From a virus (Duplodnaviria; Heunggongvirae; Uroviricota; Caudoviricetes): a stretch of DNA of 64,000 nucleotides. Below the pieces are notes generated by a model. That model was not told the DNA's origin, searched no databases, and saw only the letters and a list, made by a program, of their open reading frames with translations. Location: positions 64,001-128,000 of the IMG/VR virus record IMGVR_UViG_3300034104_004745, one strand, 5' to 3'. This document shows, one piece after another, positions 46,802 to 54,836 of the stretch (positions are counted from its first letter, which is position 1; each line of letters begins with the position of its first letter). The position numbers and the translations under genes were made by a program.

Positions 46802-48844
46802 TTAGTACGTTCCGCCATCAATAACTGTCGAGAAGACTAATGCTCCTGTTGAGTTTTTATATCCTAAAACACCGTCAAGTACATCTTCAGTTTCTGTTGT
46901 AGAAACAAATCCAACAACGTTTGATGAATTTCTGAACATGATTGCTGAAGTATTGCTTCCATTATCAGTACCACCCGAGTAAGATAATGTAAAGTTACCA
47001 CTTACTAATGTATCACCAGTTCCTGAATCTATTGTGAATTTGTTTGTATTAAAAGATAATGTTGTTCCACTATATCTCAATAAACTATCACCAATTGTAT
47101 TTGGTCCTGTTGCAATTGGGAAATATGTGTCAGTTAAACTATTTTCTGATCCGTAAGTTCCAGCAGTTGTACCAATCATTTTACTTGATTGACCACTTGA
47201 AGAAACAAACATCCAATAATCATTTAAACCATCCCATACAAGTGAAGCTGAAACCCCAGTTGACCCTGAATCGATAACTTCAAAACCAGCATATCTTTCG
47301 AATGGTGAATATGCGTTTAATCTGATTATATTGTCATCTAATTCAACAGTTGTTGATTGGATTATCACATTTGTTGATGATCCCAATACTTCAAGGTTAC
47401 CAGAAACATATAAATTAGATTGTAATTCTGTGTTTCCAGTTACAGTTAAGACACCGTTTACTGTTACATCACCATTGATCGTTTGTCCGCCCTCAACAGT
47501 TAATGAGCCAGATGTTCTAATGTCGCCATCAGCGTTATCTACCTCAAATTGACCATTACCAACTTTTAATGTTGTTCCATCATAGGTTAGTCCGCTATAA
47601 TCAATTAAGGCTCCACCAGAACCAACACCCACAACTCTATATTGTGTTAAATCTTCAACAACAGAAGATGAAACTGTAGCAATACCGTCAACATTAATTG
47701 TTGATGAGAATTGTGCAGAACCTGTAACATCTAATAAAGTACTAACAGACACACCATTTACACCAACAATTGTTGCTGTTCCTGCATTGTCATCTATTTT
47801 TAGATAATTTGTATCATCACCAAAGAAACTTAATCCACCATTAGATTTGATGTGAGTATCACTTGCACCAGTGTTATAAATCTCAAAATATCTTGAATCA
47901 GCTTCGTCTGCTTTTAGATATAATGAGCCAGTACCTTGAATGTTTGTAACTTCAAGAGCACCAGATAAATTTAAATTACCGTTGTCAAAAGTTAATCCAC
48001 TGTAGTCTGTTAATAAACCATCAACACCCGCAACAACTAATCTTTTTTCTGTTAATTGGTCATTATATATTGAACCAGAAACAATTACTTGGTCCCCAGC
48101 ACCGTGTCCTAAATAAGAAGAACCGCTAACAACTAAATCTTCAAATACTGTGATACCATCAAGTGAAATTGATTGTGCTTCTAATATATTAACATATGCC
48201 GTTCCGCTAACATGTAAATTTCTCCAATTTTTACTTGATGAACCTAAGTCAAACGAATTATGAACTATTGGTAAAATTGATGAACTTACCTCACCACCAA
48301 ATTGAATGATATCGGTTGTTTGATTACCAATTGTGATGTTACCACCTAGTGTGATGTCACCAGTAATATCAATAGAACCAGTCTGATATGTGCTACCAGT
48401 AATATATAAATTACTACCCAAGTTGGTTGTTCCAGTAACGGTTAATGTTCCACCAGTTATATTTGTAACAAATGCGTTACTACCTGTTAGGTTGTTAATT
48501 GTAACACCACTTATAGTGTTACCTTCAATATTACCTGTAAGATCTAATCTAGCGTTACCATCTTTACTAAGGATATAAAGAGATTTATTACCTGAAGCAT
48601 AAAAAGGTGTTCCATCAACTACTGAACCATGTGAACCAACAGTAATTGTTGGGGCTGCAGAACCTTGATAAATCTTTGAAACTGATCTATAAGCACCTGC
48701 CACACCTTCTGTTTCACCCACAAAAAGAAAAGGACCATTAAGGTCACCAATCGATCCTGTGGCTACAACAAGTTCAGAAATTCTGGCTGTAACATCTTTT
48801 AGTTGGGTAATACTACCTCTTCTGTGTTTAATTATTTGTGCCAT
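46802..48844 (-). CDS. Virion structural or tail protein (beta-helix/fibre-like)
   Basis: MAQIIKHRRG N-terminus related to 42215-46651; GDITLGGNITIG, VELDDNII.LN and FEVIDSG motifs shared with the fibres. Confidence 0.75.
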   Translation of the reverse strand: MAQIIKHRRGSITQLKDVTARISELVVATGSIGDLNGPFLFVGETEGVAGAYRSVSKIYQGSAAPTITVGSHGSVVDGTPFYASGNKSLYILSKDGNARLDLTGNIEGNTISGVTINNLTGSNAFVTNITGGTLTVTGTTNLGSNLYITGSTYQTGSIDITGDITLGGNITIGNQTTDIIQFGGEVSSSILPIVHNSFDLGSSSKNWRNLHVSGTAYVNILEAQSISLDGITVFEDLVVSGSSYLGHGAGDQVIVSGSIYNDQLTEKRLVVAGVDGLLTDYSGLTFDNGNLNLSGALEVTNIQGTGSLYLKADEADSRYFEIYNTGASDTHIKSNGGLSFFGDDTNYLKIDDNAGTATIVGVNGVSVSTLLDVTGSAQFSSTINVDGIATVSSSVVEDLTQYRVVGVGSGGALIDYSGLTYDGTTLKVGNGQFEVDNADGDIRTSGSLTVEGGQTINGDVTVNGVLTVTGNTELQSNLYVSGNLEVLGSSTNVIIQSTTVELDDNIIRLNAYSPFERYAGFEVIDSGSTGVSASLVWDGLNDYWMFVSSSGQSSKMIGTTAGTYGSENSLTDTYFPIATGPNTIGDSLLRYSGTTLSFNTNKFTIDSGTGDTLVSGNFTLSYSGGTDNGSNTSAIMFRNSSNVVGFVSTTETEDVLDGVLGYKNSTGALVFSTVIDGGTY

Positions 48845-48869
48845 CTTTCTTTTTTAATTGTTTTATTTA

Positions 48870-48877
48870 TATAAATA
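48870..48877 (-). promoter_or_regulatory. Putative late-promoter motif TATTTATA
   Basis: About 25 nt upstream of the ATG at 48844. Confidence 0.5.
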
Positions 48878-48889
48878 CTTTATTTTTAA

Positions 48890-49627
48890 TTAGAAAAAGC
48901 CGTCGCCGCAGTCGATGACCGAATTTTTATTACGATCACTTAGCGCCCCTAAATTTTCTATAACTAACGATGCTGACACTATTTGGCTGTTAACAATGTT
49001 TTTCACTATTGCCATAGCCCCAGACACAGTTAAAGTGTCTTTATCATGTGTTGTTTGAACTAATGTGGTCCCACCCTCTACTTTTAAATCACCTATAATT
49101 CTAACAGATCCACTCATTAATATTGTTGCGCCATTATCTGAAACTCTAGAGTTAACCAAAGTACCACTAGGGCCAGCTTTTTGTAAATAATCGAGAGTAC
49201 CAGTACCACCCAATAATAAAGGAAGTTCAGCCCCTAATGGACCTGCTATCCACCTATCATTAAGTGAATCCCATAAAAATGAACCTGAAATTGTGTTTGG
49301 GGCAGTGGGATCTTTAACTAATAAACCACCAAATGCTGCGGATGTACCGTTTAATTCAACAATATTGTCACCAATTGTTACAATATTGGACTCAACAGAA
49401 GTTGTTGAACCTTTTACAGTTAAGTTACCGCTAACCACAAGGTTACCCGGTATATCCAGGTCTCCACCAACAACTAATGAACCAGAAGCGTATAAATTTC
49501 TAGCATAAACCGCTTCTAAATAATTTGAGCCAGTATTACCTAATATAATTAAAGAAGCCGATCCGCTAGAATTTAACGGAACGGTTTGGGTGTCTATCTG
49601 TAACCAATTTATCTGTTGTAAAGGCAT
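48890..49627 (-). CDS. Virion structural protein, fibre-related
   Basis: VTIGDNIVELN...FGGL.V.D...SGSFLWD motif shared with the fibres; ends IDCGDGFF. Confidence 0.75.
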   Translation of the reverse strand: MPLQQINWLQIDTQTVPLNSSGSASLIILGNTGSNYLEAVYARNLYASGSLVVGGDLDIPGNLVVSGNLTVKGSTTSVESNIVTIGDNIVELNGTSAAFGGLLVKDPTAPNTISGSFLWDSLNDRWIAGPLGAELPLLLGGTGTLDYLQKAGPSGTLVNSRVSDNGATILMSGSVRIIGDLKVEGGTTLVQTTHDKDTLTVSGAMAIVKNIVNSQIVSASLVIENLGALSDRNKNSVIDCGDGFF

Positions 49628-49655
49628 GTAAAAGTAAAGTCTTTTACATAAATAC
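49626..49655 (-). promoter_or_regulatory. GTATTTAT motif overlapping a 9-bp hairpin that includes the start codon
   Basis: atgtaaaag-taaagt-cttttacat at 49626-49649; motif at 49648-49655; ATG at 49627. Confidence 0.55.
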
Positions 49656-49676
49656 TTTTATTATGGTTCTTCGCAT

Positions 49677-49703
49677 AAAAAAAGGGATTTTTTTTAAATC
49701 CCT
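49677..49703 (-). terminator. Rho-independent terminator
   Basis: agggattt/aaatccct stem followed by a T-tract on the minus strand after the glutaredoxin gene. Confidence 0.75.
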
Positions 49704-49715
49704 CTTTCATTTTTT

Positions 49716-49988
49716 TTACAGATATTTTTTTATTTTTTCTATCGCTTCTTCTTTTGTGTTAAAATCTCTCCCAGCAACAAATATGGGACCAGAAAGCGTT
49801 TCTGGATCTTGTAAATATACAGTTGGTAAAGCGTCTAGGTTTGTTAACTTAACAACTTCATCATAAACTTTTCTATTTTTATTAACTTCAAACTCATCAT
49901 AAGCAATCCCCTGCTTATTTAATTCTTCCTTCAATATTTTACAATGAGAACAGCCATTAAGTGTGAAAATATTAATAGTGTATGCCAT
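49716..49988 (-). CDS. Glutaredoxin-like protein
   Basis: GCSHC active site and LPTV cis-Pro motif. Confidence 0.85.
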   Translation of the reverse strand: MAYTINIFTLNGCSHCKILKEELNKQGIAYDEFEVNKNRKVYDEVVKLTNLDALPTVYLQDPETLSGPIFVAGRDFNTKEEAIEKIKKYL

Positions 49989-49989
49989 T

Positions 49990-50295
49990 TTATAAATCGT
50001 TTAAAATTTTCTTATAGAACGCGTCTGAATTAGCACCACTAGATCTATCAATCAAATCCCCATTTTTATAAATCATAATTGTTGGGACTGATCTAATACC
50101 AACTTTCATTGAGTGATCAGTATTTTCATCAACATCTACCGATACAAATTTCGCATTTGGGTACTCTGACTCTAATGCGGTTAGTCTTGGCATAAGTGTT
50201 TTACATGGACCACACCACTTAGCGAAATAATCAACCAAAACAACTTTGTCTTGGGTTAATAATTGTTCTACAACTTCTCCTGATACATTTTCCAT
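49990..50295 (-). CDS. trxA: Thioredoxin
   Basis: WCGPCK, VDVD, IRSVPT. Confidence 0.92.
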   Translation of the reverse strand: MENVSGEVVEQLLTQDKVVLVDYFAKWCGPCKTLMPRLTALESEYPNAKFVSVDVDENTDHSMKVGIRSVPTIMIYKNGDLIDRSSGANSDAFYKKILNDL

Positions 50296-50298
50296 AAT

Positions 50299-51369
50299 TT
50301 AAAATCCTATTTTACTTGTTTTTTTATTTGACGATTTATGAACCTCAACATCTATATTATATATATCAGCCAAAACCATTCCTTCTTTTGATACGGTATC
50401 TTTTTTTAGATGTTTTAGTAGTTTATTTGTTTCTTCTAGCGATAGTTTATCAAACTTATGTTCTGCGATCAATCTACCCTTCCTTAACAACGCTTGATCG
50501 ATTCTTTCTCTCTTCATATTAAAGGTGGCAATCACTTGGATGTTTAAACAATCCCCCAATATACCATCTGTTAGGTTTAATAAGTTAGAAACCCCAGATG
50601 CTGATCCATTACCTTCTCTATCTGAAATTACTCTTTCAGCATCTTCAATAATAAGAACAGTATTTCTATGATCCATTAAAAACGGTATGATACTTGGTTC
50701 AGATAGCATCTCAGCCATTGACGGAGGGATAAATAAAATATCCTTCTCCTTAACTAATTTTGTTAAGTACTTTATATACGAAGTCTTACCTGTTCCTGGT
50801 TCACCGTGTAATAAAATAATACCTTTATCATTTGGTTTATTTAATCTTTTTACAATAATATCATGTATTTCTTTAAACTCTTCCCCATAGTTTAAAACTA
50901 AATCAATGTCAGGAACTGCAAGATCATACTCTTCAGTATCTAAATGACCCATCTCACTTTTAACAAGATTAATGTTCGCTTTTTTCTTATTCTTCGCGAA
51001 TTTTTTAATTGCATCAAAGTTTAATTGTTTTTCTAATTCACCAGCTTTGATATCATAAAAAAAAGTTAACGTTAGTAATGGATTTTTTTCGGTAGTTTTA
51101 CCGTGTGAAAATAGAATAAAAATCTTTTTATCGAAGTTTAAGAATAAACGTTCTGACGAATTCATTTCTCTACTTGATAATTCAATTCTTGATAATTCAA
51201 CAAAATCATTATTCTCAAAATATGATATGATCTCATGAGAATATGTTTGCTTATAAAGACGCTTAGATGGGATTGTGTTGAAATGAATCAAAAACATCTG
51301 TTCTACTGGAGCTTCGTTTCCGTAGGATGTCTCATATAAATTATAATTTTGTGGATATTCTATCTTCAT
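50299..51369 (-). CDS. AAA+ ATPase (BCS1-like core)
   Basis: Walker A GEPGTGKT, Walker B LIIEDAE, LLNLTDG, ATFN, DQALLRKGR. Confidence 0.9.
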   Translation of the reverse strand: MKIEYPQNYNLYETSYGNEAPVEQMFLIHFNTIPSKRLYKQTYSHEIISYFENNDFVELSRIELSSREMNSSERLFLNFDKKIFILFSHGKTTEKNPLLTLTFFYDIKAGELEKQLNFDAIKKFAKNKKKANINLVKSEMGHLDTEEYDLAVPDIDLVLNYGEEFKEIHDIIVKRLNKPNDKGIILLHGEPGTGKTSYIKYLTKLVKEKDILFIPPSMAEMLSEPSIIPFLMDHRNTVLIIEDAERVISDREGNGSASGVSNLLNLTDGILGDCLNIQVIATFNMKRERIDQALLRKGRLIAEHKFDKLSLEETNKLLKHLKKDTVSKEGMVLADIYNIDVEVHKSSNKKTSKIGF

Positions 51370-51373
51370 GTAT

Positions 51374-51404
51374 TAAATATACATGAAAAAAATCATAAAA
51401 CAAA
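51374..51404 (-). promoter_or_regulatory. Bacteroidota sigmaA-like promoter TTTG-N19-TATATTTA
   Basis: Matches TTTG-N19-21-TAnnTTTG except for the last base; 4 nt upstream of the ATG at 51369. Confidence 0.45.
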
Positions 51405-51407
51405 ATA

Positions 51408-51701
51408 CTAATTCATAGAAGTTGGAGGGAAATCTCTAAAAAACATAAAAAGGCCATCCTCACTATAAAAAACATCTTGCTTACTAATAGTAACGGCTAA
51501 GATAGTTTTACGTAATAATTCAAACTGCTCTCTTGTTAATTCAGGTTGCCCGTTATCTTCAAAGTTTTTTTCAGATATAATGGTTAGATGTTTATAAAAT
51601 TCATCGATGTCAGATTCCCCAATGAAATAATCTCTTGCTTCATCATTTGAGTTTAAATAATTTTTTACTTTCTGTAAATAAACAAGTATCTCAGTTTGCA
51701 T
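51408..51701 (-). CDS. Hypothetical protein
   Basis: 97-aa ORF coupled to nusG. Confidence 0.7.
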   Translation of the reverse strand: MQTEILVYLQKVKNYLNSNDEARDYFIGESDIDEFYKHLTIISEKNFEDNGQPELTREQFELLRKTILAVTISKQDVFYSEDGLFMFFRDFPPTSMN

Positions 51702-51703
51702 CT

Positions 51704-52225
51704 TTAATTTTTTGATATCTGCTCAATATTAACTTCAACGACAGTATCTCTCCCAAAAACTTTAACGTTAAGTTGGACCTTGTCATTATAGATATGACTA
51801 ACCACCCCATTAAATGAGGCAAATGGTCCTTCGTTAATAATAGCATTTTCACCTATCATGAATCTAATACTTTTATTTTCTTTGTGTTTTTCTAAGACTT
51901 CATCTTTCAAGATTTTATTGATGTCCTCTTCGCTCATTCTTCTTGGTTTTTTATCCCCAAGCATACCCATAACCGCAGGAAAAGCCGCAACCGTTTTTAA
52001 TTGATCCTCAGTTAGTTGGTTTTGAGATTCAAAGTAAAGATAACCATTATATATGATTTTTTCCCTTGAAACTTTCTTTTTTCTAAGGACAACAAACTCT
52101 TTTTCCATTGGGCAGACAAACCTATCAATAAAACCGATCTTACCCAACCCTATTTGAGTGTTAAATTGCTCATTCAGTTGTCTTTCCTTACCAGGCATCA
52201 CCTTAATTACATACCATTTAGACAT
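51704..52225 (-). CDS. nusG: Transcription elongation/antitermination factor NusG
   Basis: NGN domain KWYVIK...GKE, GYLYFE, VMGMLG; KOW domain IGE...GPFASFNGVV...VKVFGRDT.VE. Confidence 0.9.
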   Translation of the reverse strand: MSKWYVIKVMPGKERQLNEQFNTQIGLGKIGFIDRFVCPMEKEFVVLRKKKVSREKIIYNGYLYFESQNQLTEDQLKTVAAFPAVMGMLGDKKPRRMSEEDINKILKDEVLEKHKENKSIRFMIGENAIINEGPFASFNGVVSHIYNDKVQLNVKVFGRDTVVEVNIEQISKN

Positions 52226-52300
52226 ATACGTTCTTTTAATATAAATATTTATTTTTTACCCTAGTATTAATATAGGGATAAATTTCAAAATAAGCAAATG

Positions 52301-52332
52301 TTTGGTTTTTAGCTAAATTTTATCTATATTTA
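52301..52332 (+). promoter_or_regulatory. Bacteroidota sigmaA-like promoter TTTG-N20-TATATTTA
   Basis: TTTG at 52301-52304, TATATTTA at 52325-52332, ATG at 52336. Confidence 0.45.
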
Positions 52333-52335
52333 ATT

Positions 52336-52488
52336 ATGTCTTGCAAAAGTTGTAAAAATAAAAAGTCGTTTATCGAAGAAAAGGAAGAGTTGTTATCCGG
52401 CTTCAATAGTACTGCAATTGGATTTGCTGTGATTTGGTCTATTTTGGCTCTATACGGGCTTTATTCCTTAATTATGTTACTGGTATGA
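52336..52488 (+). CDS. Small 50-aa membrane protein with N-terminal CxxC (MSCKSCKNKK...)
   Basis: Not in the track. One C-terminal hydrophobic helix; TGA overlaps the ATG at 52485 (ATGA). Confidence 0.7.
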   Translation: MSCKSCKNKKSFIEEKEELLSGFNSTAIGFAVIWSILALYGLYSLIMLLV

Positions 52489-53135
52489 GTAAAGAACCAA
52501 AATATATGATTGTTGTGATGTTGAACAAAAAAAGAAAGAAGGTTCTACATAAAAGCAACAAAAGAACAACCATAAATGAGTACTGGAGAGAGTGTAAAAC
52601 ACAGAAAAAACCACCTTATTGTGCAGAAAATAGAGGTAGATCTAGGGCTAAATTAAATTTTCATTTAATGCTTGTTTACCCAAATAATAGATGGGCAAAA
52701 AATGATGAGAAATTCCATATTACAGATCATTTAGGTAGGAGCCAGGAGGTTTTTATTGAAAGTGACGAATATAGAATAAAAGAAATCATTCCTTGGTGGG
52801 AGCCAGAAAAGATATACGATTTCCAACAGAAAAAACACATCTATTTTGAAGAGATGTTCGAGATTATTAATAAGATAACCGAATATGCTCAAATCTTTAC
52901 ATTAAATAATAAAATATTTGTACAGATTGACGATGATGTAACTGTATATAAAAACAAAAACCTCAACGATACGCAGAGGTTATTCACTTTATTACAATCA
53001 GAACTATTAAAAAAGAAAAGAACAAACTTTATGTTTGTTAAAGATGTTACTTCATATCAGAGAAAATTACTTTATGATATCCTAGAACCAAAAGGATTCT
53101 CTAGAAATGAATTGTTTAGACATTACTCATATTAA
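52485..53135 (+). CDS. Hypothetical basic protein (start corrected to 52485)
   Basis: MSKEPKYMIVV...; ATGA coupling with the upstream small ORF. Confidence 0.75.
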   Translation: MSKEPKYMIVVMLNKKRKKVLHKSNKRTTINEYWRECKTQKKPPYCAENRGRSRAKLNFHLMLVYPNNRWAKNDEKFHITDHLGRSQEVFIESDEYRIKEIIPWWEPEKIYDFQQKKHIYFEEMFEIINKITEYAQIFTLNNKIFVQIDDDVTVYKNKNLNDTQRLFTLLQSELLKKKRTNFMFVKDVTSYQRKLLYDILEPKGFSRNELFRHYSY

Positions 53136-53349
53136 AGATAATATTAACGTCGCCAATTTTAATGTTAAATGTATTTTTGGGTCTTTCGCTCATGAACCTA
53201 CCCTTAGATTCAACCATTTTATAAATTCTATAGAATTCACTTTCAGGTACTTCCAATATAAATGTTTGGCTTTTCGAGTCGATATTAACTTTCTCTAATA
53301 GGTCTGATATAATTGCTAACTGATTAAAAACATCACCCTTTTTTTCCAT
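53116..53349 (-). CDS. Hypothetical protein
   Basis: ORF convergent with the plus-strand gene; start probably M3. Confidence 0.65.
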   Translation of the reverse strand: MEKKGDVFNQLAIISDLLEKVNIDSKSQTFILEVPESEFYRIYKMVESKGRFMSERPKNTFNIKIGDVNIIFNMSNV

Positions 53350-53536
53350 AACCAAAAATTATAAGTAGTTTATCCCACATAGATATTTTCTTTTTTGGTT
53401 TTTGAATAAACATCTGGGATTTATCGAGTGACTTAATTTCTTTTAGTTGGTTTTTTTTGTGTTCTAGTATCTCCTTCTTGTCCTTCTCCATCTCTTTCGA
53501 GAGCCAACTCATCCCCTGTTGAATCTTCTTGTCCAT
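53333..53536 (-). CDS. Hypothetical Lys-rich protein (start probably MDKK at 53536)
   Basis: Charged helix with a C-terminal amphipathic SMWDKLLIIFG segment. Confidence 0.6.
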   Translation of the reverse strand: MDKKIQQGMSWLSKEMEKDKKEILEHKKNQLKEIKSLDKSQMFIQKPKKKISMWDKLLIIFGYGKKG

Positions 53537-53906
53537 TTTCAGCAATAAAGTTTATTTCTTTCAATTTATGTAGAGACTCTTTTCTGAAAAGGGTTTCCAA
53601 TTCTCTAACCTTCTCTTTAAAAAGTCTGTCTTTTTCTTCCAATTCAATATTATATTTAATTATTTCTTCAGCACATATTCTGGCAGTATCATAACCATCT
53701 TGTGTTGCCAATGAAATAATAGACACTAATTGACTCTTGTCATTCTTATCTTGAACTTTGAGTTGTAGTGATTTATATTGTGAAAGGATATTCTGAATAT
53801 TTTCCAGTCTCCATGTTGTTGGTATTCTTAGATCTAAACTAACATTATCACTAATCTCTCTTAGAGAAAAGAAATATGGCCTTAAACTTGAAATTAATTC
53901 GTACAC
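53433..53906 (-). CDS. Hypothetical coiled-coil protein
   Basis: 157-aa ORF; its 3' end overlaps the next gene by about 100 nt. Confidence 0.7.
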   Translation of the reverse strand: MYELISSLRPYFFSLREISDNVSLDLRIPTTWRLENIQNILSQYKSLQLKVQDKNDKSQLVSIISLATQDGYDTARICAEEIIKYNIELEEKDRLFKEKVRELETLFRKESLHKLKEINFIAENGQEDSTGDELALERDGEGQEGDTRTQKKPTKRN

Positions 53907-54088
53907 TATATTGTAATTAAAAATGTTATTATAAAAGCTACTGCAACATAAATTGCTATTTCAGTAACTTTATTTATTGTCATTGGTTTTGGATTATCGC
54001 TTCTTAGCATAATGAGAAATTCTACTGCATATCTCAGCAAAAAAATAATACTAAAAACGAAGAAGAATATACTAGTTATCTTGATCAT
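53906..54088 (-). CDS. Small two-helix membrane protein
   Basis: Two hydrophobic segments. Confidence 0.6.
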   Translation of the reverse strand: MIKITSIFFFVFSIIFLLRYAVEFLIMLRSDNPKPMTINKVTEIAIYVAVAFIITFLITI

Positions 54089-54260
54089 GATTCTTGATTT
54101 CTTCTAGAATTTCTTTTCTATATACACCAATGAGAGCTTTAAGCTCTTGTGCGTGTTTTCTAGCTCGAATAGATGCACTTCGATTACCCTTAATAAAAAC
54201 CTTTTGGGTATCGACAGACATTTTTTCTACTAAGTCTTTTATTTTTTTTAATGTTTCCAT
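54072..54260 (-). CDS. Histone H1-like Hc1-domain nucleoid protein (short Bacteroidota type)
   Basis: KIKDLVE....D..K...GNRSASIRARK....LKAL...YRKE. Confidence 0.75.
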   Translation of the reverse strand: METLKKIKDLVEKMSVDTQKVFIKGNRSASIRARKHAQELKALIGVYRKEILEEIKNHDQDN

Positions 54261-54332
54261 TTTTTAGATATTTTATCTATAATAATATAAATAAAAATAT
54301 CCGGTTTTTAAAGTCAAAAACGAGATTTTTTT

Positions 54333-54785
54333 TCACTTTTTGATATTTGCTTCTAAAATCTTGTAGATTTCAGTAAGCATATCTAGTTCGGATCTGGTTT
54401 TCCTGTAATCGAATTGAAACAGCTTTGTGAAGTATTCTTTAATTCTATTGTTAGAACTATTTTCGTTTAAATAAAAGGCTTCATAGAAGAAATTCCATAA
54501 ATAATCTCGGTGTTGACCGGTTTCTCGGAATTTAATTGATTCTTTTTCAAAGTTTTTGATAACCTTGTTCCAACACCAGTTAAAATGATTTTTTTGTTCC
54601 TGTTCGGTGACAATAGCATCAGGACCTAGATAGGTTTCATCTATAGTATCATGTAGAGAAAGCACAAAGTCGTGAAACAATTCGACTTTCTCTCGTATGA
54701 TATTATACGCTTTATACCAAACTTCTATTTGATTGCGGAAATTTTCAGATGCAATAAATTCTAAATAACTTTCGTCCTTTTTCAT
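54333..54785 (-). CDS. Hypothetical protein
   Basis: 150-aa aromatic-rich ORF. Confidence 0.75.
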   Translation of the reverse strand: MKKDESYLEFIASENFRNQIEVWYKAYNIIREKVELFHDFVLSLHDTIDETYLGPDAIVTEQEQKNHFNWCWNKVIKNFEKESIKFRETGQHRDYLWNFFYEAFYLNENSSNNRIKEYFTKLFQFDYRKTRSELDMLTEIYKILEANIKK

Positions 54786-54836
54786 ATTCCTTATATACCT
54801 TTAATATAAGGATAAAAGAATTGAAAAAAAAGAGAG

